Source: a virus
Virus record (IMG/VR): IMGVR_UViG_3300044796_000056
Span: 1 to 64,000 of that record
Reading direction: 5' to 3' (one strand)
Length of the DNA: 64,000 nucleotides
A program made the translations under genes and the position numbers. Below, piece by piece: positions 1 through 10,004 of this stretch. How positions within the stretch are numbered: position 1 is the stretch's first letter; each line of letters starts with the position of its first letter. A model generated the notes under the pieces. It was not told the DNA's origin. It saw only the letters and a list, made by a program, of their open reading frames with translations, and searched no databases.

Positions 1-6
1 AAAGAA

Positions 7-189
7 ATGAACGCGATAAAAGTCATAGCAGTCAGTCTGCTTGTTATGCTAGGCGGCTGCGCTACCACGCAGATCGTCCCAGTTATGGTTATGCCAGATG
101 CGCCAGCCCAACTCTTAGTTCCTACTCAAGACTTGACGACCATCCCGGTTAAGAAGCCGGTAACTGAGACAAAGAATGCCACTGGATAA
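7..189 (+). CDS. small lipoprotein, probable o-spanin (Rz1-like)
   Basis: Signal peptide with lipobox LGGC followed by a Pro-rich 40 aa mature region. Confidence 0.6.
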   Translation: MNAIKVIAVSLLVMLGGCATTQIVPVMVMPDAPAQLLVPTQDLTTIPVKKPVTETKNATG

Positions 190-652
190 CGACGCACTCA
201 ACGAAAAGATTCATGGTATTGATCTGGATGTCAGTGTTCTAAAAAGGGACAATGAAATTCAGACCAAGATCTTGGATAAGCTTGATAGGACCGTTGACGG
301 TATCCACGAGCTTGCGCAATCTATGCACCGCATGGTTTCAATCCATGAGGAGAAGTTTGCCACACAAGCCGAGACCAACGACCGCGTCGAGCTATTGATC
401 GAAGAACGTCGCAACGAAACCAAAGAAGCTATGAGACAGGCCGTCGAGAAAATCGACGACGTAGTCAAGGCAGTGGAAGACTTGAAGACCAATCTGATGA
501 ACCCAACTGAATCCAAACCACACAAGGTGGGCTTTGGGGCTATTGTTGATTGGCTTGTGAACTATTGGAAGATCATCGCATTCGCTTTCGCCTTTGCCGC
601 AGGCATCATTACCCACAAATGGGGTATATTCGCTACTCTGTTTAACTCTTAA
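176..652 (+). CDS. coiled-coil protein with C-terminal TM helix (possibly holin-like)
   Basis: Heptad-rich body, hydrophobic C-terminus, adjacent to spanin-like gene. Confidence 0.4.
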   Translation: MPLDNDALNEKIHGIDLDVSVLKRDNEIQTKILDKLDRTVDGIHELAQSMHRMVSIHEEKFATQAETNDRVELLIEERRNETKEAMRQAVEKIDDVVKAVEDLKTNLMNPTESKPHKVGFGAIVDWLVNYWKIIAFAFAFAAGIITHKWGIFATLFNS

Positions 653-841
653 GGTCAAAAGACTATATACATGTGTATGGTGGGACTTTGGTGGCACGTG
701 ATACCAGGGTCTGAACACTCCATTTAGCCTCTTCAGTTTGTATAAAATGCGTCTGTAAGTTCCGTTCCGTTCATGACCGGCGCACTCATACTCACCCACT
801 CATACCTTACTCTTATACAAAACCCGCGTATAATAGAGGTA

Positions 842-1321
842 ATGTTCTACGTCTATATCTATTCCCATAACAATTCCCCGTTCTACGTGGGCAAAGGTTC
901 TGCGGATCGAGTGGCGTATCACAGACGTCGCAAAGACAAACATCCTTTCGTGCAGAAACTACAGAAACTCATAAGGGAAGGAACAGAGCCACAAGTTGGC
1001 CTGATAGCCTTTGATATTGAACTTGAAGCGTATGAGTTTGAGAATCTACTCATAATAGAAATAGGTCGCAAAGATTTGAACACCGGTCCGTTATTGAATT
1101 TGAACGACGGTGGTAAGGGTGGAATGAGAGGATACAAGAGAAGCGCAGAAACGAATCTCAAACATTCAAAGACTATAACAGGTGTTAAGAAGAGCGACAG
1201 TCACCGAGAAAATATAGCAAAGACGAAGAAGGGTTCATTAAACCCTATGAAGCGAATTGAATTGAGGAAAGCCCAAAGTGAAAGAATGATGGGTAATCAA
1301 CGAAGATTAGGTATACTATGA
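842..1321 (+). CDS. GIY-YIG homing endonuclease with NUMOD3-like tail
   Basis: FYVYIY...FYVGKG...R motif, GPLLNLNDGG, basic C-terminal repeats; ATG 842 follows TATAAT 829-834. Confidence 0.8.
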   Translation: MFYVYIYSHNNSPFYVGKGSADRVAYHRRRKDKHPFVQKLQKLIREGTEPQVGLIAFDIELEAYEFENLLIIEIGRKDLNTGPLLNLNDGGKGGMRGYKRSAETNLKHSKTITGVKKSDSHRENIAKTKKGSLNPMKRIELRKAQSERMMGNQRRLGIL

Positions 1322-2355
1322 GTTTGTATTTGGATAGAAAGTATTTATTGCTGACATCAGCGCGTCTTCGTAATTTTAAGCAAAAAAATGAGGATCTCTT
1401 CAACTTCAGTTGCCCTTTTTGTGGTGACTCGGAGAAGAACCGGCTAAAGGCTCGTGGCTACATATCCAAGAGCAAGAAGTTCAATGGCTATATCTTCACG
1501 TGCCATAACTGTAACGTCAGTACGAACTTCGATTCGTTTCTGAAGCACTTGGATACTGATAAACACAAAGAATATTTCATGGAAAAGTTCAAAGACATGA
1601 AGAAGCATGTCGAACCAACAGTGAAAGTCCCTGAGCCTGAATCCAAGCGTACCGGTATTCATGTTAGCGAGTTGGACCTACCCAAAATCAGCAGCCTGCC
1701 TGATAGTCATTACGCGCGTCAATACGTCACCAAGCGATTAATCCCGACTGAATACTGGGATGAGATATTCTTTGCGGCCGACTACAAGAAATTCCTGGAT
1801 GACCAATTCCCTGATCATGGCAAGGATACTCTTTTGGAAGACGATCCTCGGTTGGTCTTATGCTTCACTAATCTTAAGGGAGAGGTCACCAACGTCAGTG
1901 GTCGAAGTCTTACACTCGCCGATCAGAAGTTGCGTTATATAGTGGTCAAGGTGGGAGAGGGACGTAAGCTGTATGGCCTACATCGCCTCAACCTCAAGGA
2001 CCGCGTCTACGTCACCGAAGGGCAGTTCGACAGCATGTTTGTGTCCAACGCAGTCGCAGCAGGTGACTCTGCTCTTAACAAGGCCGCTGGTTGGTTGTTC
2101 GATACCCTCGGGATCAATCCTGTTCTGATCTTTGATAACGAACCGCGCAACCGTCAGATCGTTCAAACCATAAGAAATTCGATTGTGGAAGACAATTGGG
2201 ACGTCTGTATTCTTCCAAATAGTTTCCCAGGCAAGGACATCAATGAAGCAGTCCTGGCTGGCACGACACAGAAAGAATTGATGAAGGTGATTGAATCTAA
2301 CACGTTCAGCGGCCTAACCGCTCAACTGAAGCTTTCGTCTTGGAGTAAAGTCTAA
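1318..2355 (+). CDS. 61: T4 gp61-like DNA primase
   Basis: CPFCGDS..CHNC zinc finger; TOPRIM EGQFDSMF, FDNEPRN, KDINE. Confidence 0.95.
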   Translation: MSLYLDRKYLLLTSARLRNFKQKNEDLFNFSCPFCGDSEKNRLKARGYISKSKKFNGYIFTCHNCNVSTNFDSFLKHLDTDKHKEYFMEKFKDMKKHVEPTVKVPEPESKRTGIHVSELDLPKISSLPDSHYARQYVTKRLIPTEYWDEIFFAADYKKFLDDQFPDHGKDTLLEDDPRLVLCFTNLKGEVTNVSGRSLTLADQKLRYIVVKVGEGRKLYGLHRLNLKDRVYVTEGQFDSMFVSNAVAAGDSALNKAAGWLFDTLGINPVLIFDNEPRNRQIVQTIRNSIVEDNWDVCILPNSFPGKDINEAVLAGTTQKELMKVIESNTFSGLTAQLKLSSWSKV

Positions 2356-3170
2356 TGGGGATGTATGCTATCGGTTGCCCAACACCTGGTTGCGGTAATA
2401 CTCACATGTGGTTCTCTGGAAACCTGGATCAACGTTGTCCAGCTTGCAAGGAACCCAAAAAACAAGAAGAGAAAATAATGACAGATAAAATTGAAGTGTT
2501 GAATGGTGGTTATATTCGTTTGGTCGACCATATGGGCGGAGATCTTTCAGTTGTACGTTCAGCCCGCGTCTCCTATGATGCCGGTTGGCGCGAACCGGAA
2601 CTGGATGAAGTCATCGGCAAGGACGCCAAGCTGATTGCCTACTTGCTGAAGAACAAACACACATCACCATTCGAGTCCGTGACCTTCACATTTGAAGTCA
2701 AGGCTCCAATCTTTGTCTACCGCCAGTGGCATCGCCATCGTACCTGGGCATACAACGAAGTCAGTGCTCGTTACACTGAACTGGATATGGGCTTCTATAT
2801 TCCGGCTCTGGCTGACATCAATCAGCAGCACGCCAGCAACAAGCAGATGCGCACTGACGAGCAACATCCAGAGGCTCAGTGGATACAGACCCAGATGTAC
2901 TCCAGCATCATGCGCTCATATAAGACCTATCTGCGTCTATTGAACAAGGGAACGGCTCGTGAGCTCGCCCGCATTGTTCTACCAGTGGCCATGTACTCTA
3001 AGATGTTCGCCACGGTGAATCTGCACAACCTACTACACTTCCTGACGCTACGTGCGCACACTCATTCCCAGAAAGAGATCAGGGTGTATGCCGAAGCAAT
3101 CCTTCAATTGATCGAGCCAATCGTGCCGGTCACCATCAAGAACTTTAACGAACTACGCGGAGAAAAATAA
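2355..3170 (+). CDS. thyX: flavin-dependent thymidylate synthase ThyX (core probably starts at ATG 2478)
   Basis: RQWHRHRTWAYNEVSARY signature, HTSPFE, ARELARIVLP. Confidence 0.95.
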   Translation: MGMYAIGCPTPGCGNTHMWFSGNLDQRCPACKEPKKQEEKIMTDKIEVLNGGYIRLVDHMGGDLSVVRSARVSYDAGWREPELDEVIGKDAKLIAYLLKNKHTSPFESVTFTFEVKAPIFVYRQWHRHRTWAYNEVSARYTELDMGFYIPALADINQQHASNKQMRTDEQHPEAQWIQTQMYSSIMRSYKTYLRLLNKGTARELARIVLPVAMYSKMFATVNLHNLLHFLTLRAHTHSQKEIRVYAEAILQLIEPIVPVTIKNFNELRGEK

Positions 3171-3367
3171 TGTCAGCATATCAACAACAATTTGGTCGTG
3201 TCCTACCTGAAGCTTATGAGGAAGTTCAGGCATGCGCAGTTTGCGGTAAGGATCAACCTTGTGAGTGTGAAGGTATCACTGCTAGCACCATCATTACGCG
3301 TCGTGTAGACCGTAAACCTTTCGTGATGGATGACTTGAAAGTTCTGTTCCCAGAACGATACAAATAA
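3170..3367 (+). CDS. hypothetical small Cys-containing protein
   Basis: TAATG-coupled to thyX, GGAG RBS. Confidence 0.55.
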   Translation: MSAYQQQFGRVLPEAYEEVQACAVCGKDQPCECEGITASTIITRRVDRKPFVMDDLKVLFPERYK

Positions 3368-3489
3368 CAACGTCTTCTGACTTAAGAGTCGTCGAAACTA
3401 TATACGACTCAATACAAATAAATCAAGAAGAGTATTATGCGGTCAACGCATTTCCATCATATTGTTCCTAAACACATGGGTATGAAATA

Positions 3490-5406
3490 ATGTCCAACAT
3501 GTTACCTACTATTTATCAACAGTTCATTCACGTAAGCAGATATGCGCGCTTCTGTGATGACTTGGGTCGTAGGGAAACGTTTGAGGAAACCGTTGACCGC
3601 TACATTACCTTCTTCAAGGGACGTTCAGGAAAGAACAAAAGCAAGATTCCATTCGATGAATTGAAGGCCGCCATTCTTGGCTTAGAGATCATGCCTTCTA
3701 TGCGCGCACTAATGACTGCCGGTGAGGCGCTCGACAAAGACAACGTGGCTGGTTACAACTGCTCATATCTTCCAATTGACTCAGTCAAGTCCTTCGATGA
3801 GTTGATGTACATTAGCATGTGTGGTACAGGCGTCGGCTTCTCTGTTGAAAGTAAATACGTCAACAAGTTGCCCGAAGTTCCTGATGAACTTCACCCAACA
3901 GACACCAAGATCGTTTTCAAAGACTCCAAGCTGGGTTGGGCCAGTGGTTATCGTGAATTCATCTCGCTCCTTTACTCTGGCAAGATTCCTCAGTGGGACG
4001 TCTCTAAGTTGCGCCCATCCGGTGCTCGCCTGATGACCTTCGGCGGTCGTGCTAGCGGTCCAGAGCCTTTGATTGACTTGTTACAGTTCACCATCAATGT
4101 ATTCCAGAAGGCGCACGGTCGCAAGCTGAGCACCCTAGAGTGTCACGATATCGTTTGTAAGATTGCTGACATTGTAGTATCAGGAGGCGTCCGTCGCTCT
4201 GCCTTGATCTCCTTGACTGACTTAAACGATGACAAGCTACGTCACGCCAAGTCTGGTAACTGGTGGCTCGAAAACAACCAACGCGCATTAGCCAACATAT
4301 CTGCCGTGTATGAGAACAAGCCTGACATGGAAACCTTCATGCGTGAATGGTTCGCCCTACATGCTTCCCGCTCCGGCGAACGAGGTATCTTCTCACGAGA
4401 GGCTAGCCAGAAGGCTGCCGCCAAGTACGAGCGTCGTTCCGCGGACATCGACTACGGCACCAATCCTTGCTCAGAGATCATTCTACGCCCATATCAGTTC
4501 TGTAATCTAACGGAAGTGGTGGTCCGCGCCGATGATAGCCTTAAGGAATTGAAGCGCAAGGTTCGCTTGGCCACCATTCTGGGCACCCTACAATCTACTC
4601 TATCTGACTTCCGTTATCTGAACAAGAAGTGGAAGACCAATACAGAGGAAGAACGATTACTGGGCGTTAGTCTTACGGGCATCATGGATTGTAAAGTCAC
4701 CAACGGTCGTACCGGCAAGGTTGGATTCGGTTCAGGTGAAGAAGCACTTAAGGTTGCTTTGAGTATGCTTCGTGAAGAGGCCGTCGCCGTCAACAAAGAA
4801 TACGCTAAATTGATAGGAGTTGAGCCAAGTGCAGCAATCACCTGTGTTAAGCCAAGCGGAACTGTTAGCCAACTCGTGGATAGTGCGTCTGGCATACACC
4901 CTCGTTATGCCCAGTATTACATTCGTAGAGTACGTCTCGCCAAAACCGACCCACTAGGTCAGTTTATGATGACGAACGGCTACCTTGCCGAAGAAGACGT
5001 CCACAACAAGAACAATTGGGTGTTCGCCTTCCCTATGAAGGCACCAGCCGGTAGCGTACTAGTCAAGGACGTTTCAGCTATCACCCAATTGGAGTTATGG
5101 AAGGTATACCAAGAGCATTACTGCGAGCACAAGCCTTCTATTACCGTCTACGTCGGCGACGACGAGTGGATGGAAGTAGGATCCTGGGTTTACAAGAACA
5201 TGGACGGCATCTCTGGCGTCAGCTTCCTCCCTCGGGACACAGGCTCTTATCGTCAGGCACCATATGAAGAAATTGATGAGACTAAGTATAATGAGATACT
5301 GAAGACTCAGAATGTTTCAATTGACTGGACAAAGTTCAAAGAAGAAACAGATACCACGACGGCTGCCAAAGAATTGGCATGCAGCGCCGGTGTCTGTGAA
5401 TTGTAA
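3490..5406 (+). CDS. nrdJ: class II (B12-dependent) ribonucleotide reductase
   Basis: TNPCSEI, VKPSGTVS, C-terminal CSAGVCEL; no nrdB nearby. Confidence 0.92.
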   Translation: MSNMLPTIYQQFIHVSRYARFCDDLGRRETFEETVDRYITFFKGRSGKNKSKIPFDELKAAILGLEIMPSMRALMTAGEALDKDNVAGYNCSYLPIDSVKSFDELMYISMCGTGVGFSVESKYVNKLPEVPDELHPTDTKIVFKDSKLGWASGYREFISLLYSGKIPQWDVSKLRPSGARLMTFGGRASGPEPLIDLLQFTINVFQKAHGRKLSTLECHDIVCKIADIVVSGGVRRSALISLTDLNDDKLRHAKSGNWWLENNQRALANISAVYENKPDMETFMREWFALHASRSGERGIFSREASQKAAAKYERRSADIDYGTNPCSEIILRPYQFCNLTEVVVRADDSLKELKRKVRLATILGTLQSTLSDFRYLNKKWKTNTEEERLLGVSLTGIMDCKVTNGRTGKVGFGSGEEALKVALSMLREEAVAVNKEYAKLIGVEPSAAITCVKPSGTVSQLVDSASGIHPRYAQYYIRRVRLAKTDPLGQFMMTNGYLAEEDVHNKNNWVFAFPMKAPAGSVLVKDVSAITQLELWKVYQEHYCEHKPSITVYVGDDEWMEVGSWVYKNMDGISGVSFLPRDTGSYRQAPYEEIDETKYNEILKTQNVSIDWTKFKEETDTTTAAKELACSAGVCEL

Positions 5407-5415
5407 GGGGAGACG

Positions 5416-5610
5416 ATGAGCAAGGAAACTATCCAAATCGTATGTGAAGGCTGTGACTCTGAATATAAAGTCACATTCGACACCGCTATGACCGACGGCA
5501 TGCCGGATATGTGCTGCTTCTGTGGTAATCCAATTGACCTGGATACCGAAGAGCATGACGTAGACGATGACTCTGATACCGACGAGGACGAAGACACCAA
5601 CTGGGGTTAA
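5416..5610 (+). CDS. small zinc-ribbon protein with acidic tail
   Basis: CEGC...CCFC, GGGGAG RBS. Confidence 0.7.
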   Translation: MSKETIQIVCEGCDSEYKVTFDTAMTDGMPDMCCFCGNPIDLDTEEHDVDDDSDTDEDEDTNWG

Positions 5611-5613
5611 TTT

Positions 5614-6165
5614 GTGATTGTATCATTTGACTATAGTATGTCTTGCCCTTGTATGTGTATCCAGTTCAAACCGGACTGGAACAACAGCGAGTTCTATTTT
5701 CTTACGGACGTGAAGAAATATGAAGGACCCCACTTCCTAGGGCAAGTCAATGGTCAGTTACATTCTGAATACAAGACCCAGGAAGAGCGATTCCATCAGA
5801 TATCTGATTACTTCATCAAACAACTAGAGCGTTTAAGGGTGTCTCCAAACACTCCAGTCTACATTGAAGATTACTCCATGGGTAGTAAAGGACGCGTCTT
5901 TCATATCGCCGAGAATACCGGTTTGCTAAAGCACAAACTGTGGGCGCTCAACTACGGTATTACGACCATCCCTCCTACCGTCATCAAGAAGGTGGCAACC
6001 GGTAAGGGTAATGCCAAGAAGGAACAGATGTACGAAGCCTTCGTCAAGCAGACCGGCATCAAACTCCAGACCATGGGTTCCGGTAAGAACATCGGCTCTC
6101 CTGTCTCAGACATCGTTGACGCCTACTTCATCGCCCAGTACGGCTATACTCTTACACATCCATAG
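5614..6165 (+). CDS. RuvC-like Holliday junction resolvase
   Basis: DYSMSCP, IEDYS, IKKVATGKGNAKKEQM, DIVDAY motifs. Confidence 0.85.
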   Translation: MIVSFDYSMSCPCMCIQFKPDWNNSEFYFLTDVKKYEGPHFLGQVNGQLHSEYKTQEERFHQISDYFIKQLERLRVSPNTPVYIEDYSMGSKGRVFHIAENTGLLKHKLWALNYGITTIPPTVIKKVATGKGNAKKEQMYEAFVKQTGIKLQTMGSGKNIGSPVSDIVDAYFIAQYGYTLTHP

Positions 6166-6212
6166 AGTATAATAGAATCCTACAGTCGGATAAACCCTCT
6201 GAGGATTGAGCG

Positions 6213-6587
6213 ATGTCAAAATGTCCATTTACCGGTTGCGCACTGGAAAAAACCGGTGGTTGTGAACCTTCGTACAGAGAAATTTGCAAACATCATGCCG
6301 AGGAAATGAAGATGGATATTTCACAGTTACATGCCGCTCTTCGTCGAGGCGTCGTACATGTCGTGTTCACCAAGGCAAATGGCCAGGAACGCGCCATGAA
6401 GGCCACACTCAACGATGCTTTCCTTCCCGAGGAAAATCGTGGACGAAGCACCCTGACCGAGACAGATTCCACTGCAATCTCAGTATGGGATGTCGAAGCC
6501 AAGGGTTGGAGAGCCTTCCGCCTCGATTCTCTTAAGGAAATCAACGGTATCTCTGTTTCTTCTTCGGTTTCAATGCTTTCTGAGTGA
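6213..6587 (+). CDS. WYL_2/SH3-like (Sm-fold) domain protein
   Basis: VVFTKANGQERAMKATL...WDVEAKGWRAFR. Confidence 0.75.
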   Translation: MSKCPFTGCALEKTGGCEPSYREICKHHAEEMKMDISQLHAALRRGVVHVVFTKANGQERAMKATLNDAFLPEENRGRSTLTETDSTAISVWDVEAKGWRAFRLDSLKEINGISVSSSVSMLSE

Positions 6588-6628
6588 TCCTCTAAATAGA
6601 GGGTAGCCAACCCTCTTGGAGCCACCCG

Positions 6629-7189
6629 ATGCTGATAGTCAAGGGATTAGATAACCCTCGCGATGTCAAGCTTGTAAAACAGTTTGCACGCTATTGTCTC
6701 GGTCGATTCCTTACACCGTATCGCATCAAAAAGCTAACCATTCAAATTGACTTCGTTGACCGCAATGAAGTTGACCCTGACGAACGAGACGATCTCAACA
6801 AGTATGAAGCCTGGATGAATCCTTCATCTGACACCAAGGATCATTACTTCGTCACTCTAGCTAAGTTCGCCATCAGCAAAAAGGCAACCAAGCCGCTCAC
6901 GAAATACAAGAAGACCCTTCAGTATCTTGCCCATGAGCTAGTACACGTCAAGCAGTACGTCCTGGGTGAGATGAAGGATCTATATAAAGGTGAAAACATC
7001 ATTGGAACGATGTTCCATGGTGTTGAATATTTTGAACCCAAGCCAAAGAAAGCAGCCGGTCCATTCGCGGCCGAGTGGGCTTACTATGATTCCCCTTGGG
7101 AACTTGAAGCCTACGGTCGAACCGAAGGTCTCTACAACATGTTTTATGATGAGCACGGCAAGCCATGGCGAGTAGCGCAGAAAATCTAG
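6629..7189 (+). CDS. zincin-like metallopeptidase
   Basis: LAHELVHVKQY and PWELEAY; CTAAATA late-promoter motif upstream. Confidence 0.75.
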   Translation: MLIVKGLDNPRDVKLVKQFARYCLGRFLTPYRIKKLTIQIDFVDRNEVDPDERDDLNKYEAWMNPSSDTKDHYFVTLAKFAISKKATKPLTKYKKTLQYLAHELVHVKQYVLGEMKDLYKGENIIGTMFHGVEYFEPKPKKAAGPFAAEWAYYDSPWELEAYGRTEGLYNMFYDEHGKPWRVAQKI

Positions 7190-7366
7190 ACGTCTATACT
7201 CCGGTCCCAATGCCGTGGTTCTGTTTGAAGTGTAACGCCACCGTTGGTTGCGAACAAGTCCAACCATACCCTCCTATCTTTATGCCTGCTTCCAGATACT
7301 GGAAGTCACTCGGTCATCCAAACAAGACCATCGGTGCATTCTGCTCAGCCAACTGCGCAGCCGCGT

Positions 7367-7687
7367 ATGGTTAAGAAGCAGATTTGGATTGTGTATTGGA
7401 TACTTGCTGCCCTGAGTGTGGTTGACTTCCTAATAACCAAGACCATCCTTACCTTTGAGTCAGGTATGGAAGCCAACCCATCCATGGCCTATATTATAGC
7501 CCAGTTCGGCATTAATGGGATTCTGTTCGTAAAACTCTTCTGGTTGATCCTTCTCGCCGGTGGCATCCTAGCCATTGCGGATCGCCGCTACAAGATTTTG
7601 TTCTGGGCCATAGCCATCATCGATGTACTGATGTTGGTTAACTTAATATGGTCGGACAAAATACTCTTCCAAGTCTTTTACTCTTAA
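7367..7687 (+). CDS. membrane protein (DUF5658-like)
   Basis: DFLIT...EANP motif and three hydrophobic helices. Confidence 0.6.
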   Translation: MVKKQIWIVYWILAALSVVDFLITKTILTFESGMEANPSMAYIIAQFGINGILFVKLFWLILLAGGILAIADRRYKILFWAIAIIDVLMLVNLIWSDKILFQVFYS

Positions 7688-7705
7688 AGTTTGTTAGAGT
7701 ATAAT
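7679..7705 (+). promoter_or_regulatory. representative ACTCTTA-N13-TATAAT promoter (about 12 copies)
   Basis: Copies at 808, 6147, 7679, 9971, 10506, 18350, 21851, 25828, 29879, 34018, 38379, 39440. Confidence 0.8.
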
Positions 7706-7752
7706 TGAACGTGACGTTTGATTTGAATTGACTTTACATCAATGGAGATATC

Positions 7753-8679
7753 ATGAAATCTTTTCTAGGAGCCTTCCTGGCTCTAGCGCTCTTGGGCGCA
7801 ACGGCAGCGCAGGCTTGTAATGGCCCGCAACCGCCGAACTGTAACTGCAACCAGAGCACTGGCCAATGGGAAGTGAATGTATCGGCATCAGCCGGTGCGA
7901 GCTCTTCTTCTAAGGCAACTGGTGGGAATGCTTCTGCTACTGGCGGCAATGCCAATCAGCAGCAACAGCAATCCCTAAATAATTCGGGCAACAGTTCAAA
8001 CACCAACAATGTGAGCGCTACCGGTGGCACGAACACGAACAAAGTCAGCAATGCCAACACCAACAATGTTTCCAACGTTGCAAATGGTGGGACTGGTGGT
8101 GCCGGCGGTTCTGCTTCTAGCTCTATTGCCTCTGGTGCTGTTAAGAATACTAATACTCAAACCACTAGCATTGGTGCTGTTGGATCTACTTCATCTGTAG
8201 GCAACGTATCCGGTGGCACATCCAGTGCCTCTGCTGATGGCAATGGTAACGGTTCCAATAACACCAATGTGACCTATGAAGCTGCGAAGACCTATCGTCA
8301 GCCGGTAGCCACTGCTTATAGTGCGTCACTGACGAGTGGTATGGACACCTGCTTGGGTTCGGCTTCTGCCGGTGCTCAGACTCAAATCCTTGGCTTGACG
8401 TTTGGTAAGACTTACGTTGACAAGAATTGCGTCCTGATCAAGCAGACCAAACTACTGCGTGAGGCCGGTCTTGAGCGTTCAGCCTGTAAGCGTATGCAGA
8501 TGCATGCCGAAGGTGCGGACATCAAGGAAGCCATGGCAGAAGCTGGTGAGGATTGCCCTCCGCTGGCCGCTCCTACTCCGGTAGAGGCTCCTGTAGCCGC
8601 TGCTCCGGTCGATGCTGTGACTCATCAAGAGCTCCGCGTTGTAGAAGACCGCATCACCACGAAGGTGCTGAGCAAGTAA
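7753..8679 (+). CDS. secreted Gly/Ser/Asn-rich protein with Cys-containing C-terminal domain
   Basis: Signal peptide (AQA), low-complexity repeats ATGGNAS, GGAG RBS. Confidence 0.75.
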   Translation: MKSFLGAFLALALLGATAAQACNGPQPPNCNCNQSTGQWEVNVSASAGASSSSKATGGNASATGGNANQQQQQSLNNSGNSSNTNNVSATGGTNTNKVSNANTNNVSNVANGGTGGAGGSASSSIASGAVKNTNTQTTSIGAVGSTSSVGNVSGGTSSASADGNGNGSNNTNVTYEAAKTYRQPVATAYSASLTSGMDTCLGSASAGAQTQILGLTFGKTYVDKNCVLIKQTKLLREAGLERSACKRMQMHAEGADIKEAMAEAGEDCPPLAAPTPVEAPVAAAPVDAVTHQELRVVEDRITTKVLSK

Positions 8680-8680
8680 T

Positions 8681-9184
8681 ATGAAGAGCCTATTCGTAAT
8701 GATGGGCGTCATGGTGGCAGGGCTGGCATTAGCCGGTCCTGCCATTCACGATGACTCTACCGAAGCTAGTCGCCAATTGAGCGAGCAGTGCACTAAGGTA
8801 GGCAAGTTCGCTCAGGCGATTGCCACAATCAAGGCTACCGGAGTTGCCGAGTCTGATTTTGAACATTACATTTCACAACCGATTATCCAATCGTTCCCTA
8901 TTACACTTATCCGGCATCAGGTATACGCATCTAACATGCGACCCACGGACGCATTCCAGATCTACTATGAGCGTTGCCTTGTAGTGGGCTACGATAACAT
9001 TCTCCAATCCATGAAGGACGCTGACGAACTAGTCAATCTCCGGGAAGAGAACCGAACATTAAAGAGCCAGTTGGCACAAAAGCAAGACCAACTGAACCAG
9101 TTACAGCGTGCCCTGGATAACCAGCCGGTACGAACCAAAGAAGTGCTTGTGCCCACTTACGGCACACCAATCGAGAATCACTAA
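8681..9184 (+). CDS. secreted hypothetical protein with coiled coil
   Basis: Signal peptide ALA; translationally coupled. Confidence 0.65.
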   Translation: MKSLFVMMGVMVAGLALAGPAIHDDSTEASRQLSEQCTKVGKFAQAIATIKATGVAESDFEHYISQPIIQSFPITLIRHQVYASNMRPTDAFQIYYERCLVVGYDNILQSMKDADELVNLREENRTLKSQLAQKQDQLNQLQRALDNQPVRTKEVLVPTYGTPIENH

Positions 9185-9447
9185 TGCCAGCTAACCGTCG
9201 CGAAGAACTCCTACAGATCCTCCAAGAAGAAGCGGCCGAGGTCATCCAGGCAGCCTCCAAGCAGGTAAGGTTCGGTGTCAATACACGCAACCAAGATCAT
9301 CTTGAATTGGAGATGGGCGACCTAGCAGGTGTCATCAAGCTTCTCCTTATGGAAGGTTACGTCAGCGATGACAAGGTCTGTGAGAATGCCGAGGCCAAGA
9401 TAGTGAAGCTGGACGGCATTATGACGTTCAAGCGGGAGCCGGTATGA
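9184..9447 (+). CDS. MazG-like all-alpha NTP pyrophosphatase
   Basis: EEAAEVIQ..SK...ELEMGDL. Confidence 0.7.
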   Translation: MPANRREELLQILQEEAAEVIQAASKQVRFGVNTRNQDHLELEMGDLAGVIKLLLMEGYVSDDKVCENAEAKIVKLDGIMTFKREPV

Positions 9448-9824
9448 ACATCACCGAATACCAAGCCTGGGTTGCCAAGATGTGGTCCAGCAGCCGTCCT
9501 CTTAAGGCCGGCAAGCGCGAGTATACTCTCAAGGACAACTACGTCATGACGACCGGCTTGGCTGGCGAGACCGCCGAGGTTGTCGAGGCTGTCCTGAAGT
9601 TCGTGGTGGCGATAGGTAAGGTTACTGAACGATCCAAGAAGGACGTCCGGGACGAGCGGAAGCTAGAGAAGAAAGAACTTACGAAAGAGTTGGGCGACGC
9701 TCTCTACTATCTACTGGCCGTTGCTCATAAGAGTGATATCAAGGCTCAAGACATCATCAATGTCAACGTAGATAAACTCACAAAGCGTTACGCCAAGAAG
9801 AAATACGCACGAAAGGCTAAATAA
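9444..9824 (+). CDS. mazG: MazG-like nucleotide pyrophosphohydrolase
   Basis: GLAGETAEV...KELGDALYY...NVDKLTKRY. Confidence 0.85.
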   Translation: MNITEYQAWVAKMWSSSRPLKAGKREYTLKDNYVMTTGLAGETAEVVEAVLKFVVAIGKVTERSKKDVRDERKLEKKELTKELGDALYYLLAVAHKSDIKAQDIINVNVDKLTKRYAKKKYARKAK

Positions 9825-9844
9825 CTCCAGGGCAACCTGGAGTT
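9823..9844 (+). terminator. hairpin after mazG
   Basis: AACTCCAGG-GCAA-CCTGGAGTT perfect stem, weak U tract. Confidence 0.4.
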
Positions 9845-10004
9845 GACGTTGCGACTAGGATCGATCATTCTACTCATCTTTATACTAGGCATATTTGCCA
9901 TAGGTGAGACGTGGTTGCTCCAACACAAAGACGATCCCCGCATTCATGTCCATCACACCTGCCCAGACTTTACTTCTAAGACTGACCACGGTATAATATA
10001 AGCC

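Noticed and set aside
3490-5406. Intron or intein in nrdJ
   Set aside because: Continuous ORF of normal length with no splicing motifs
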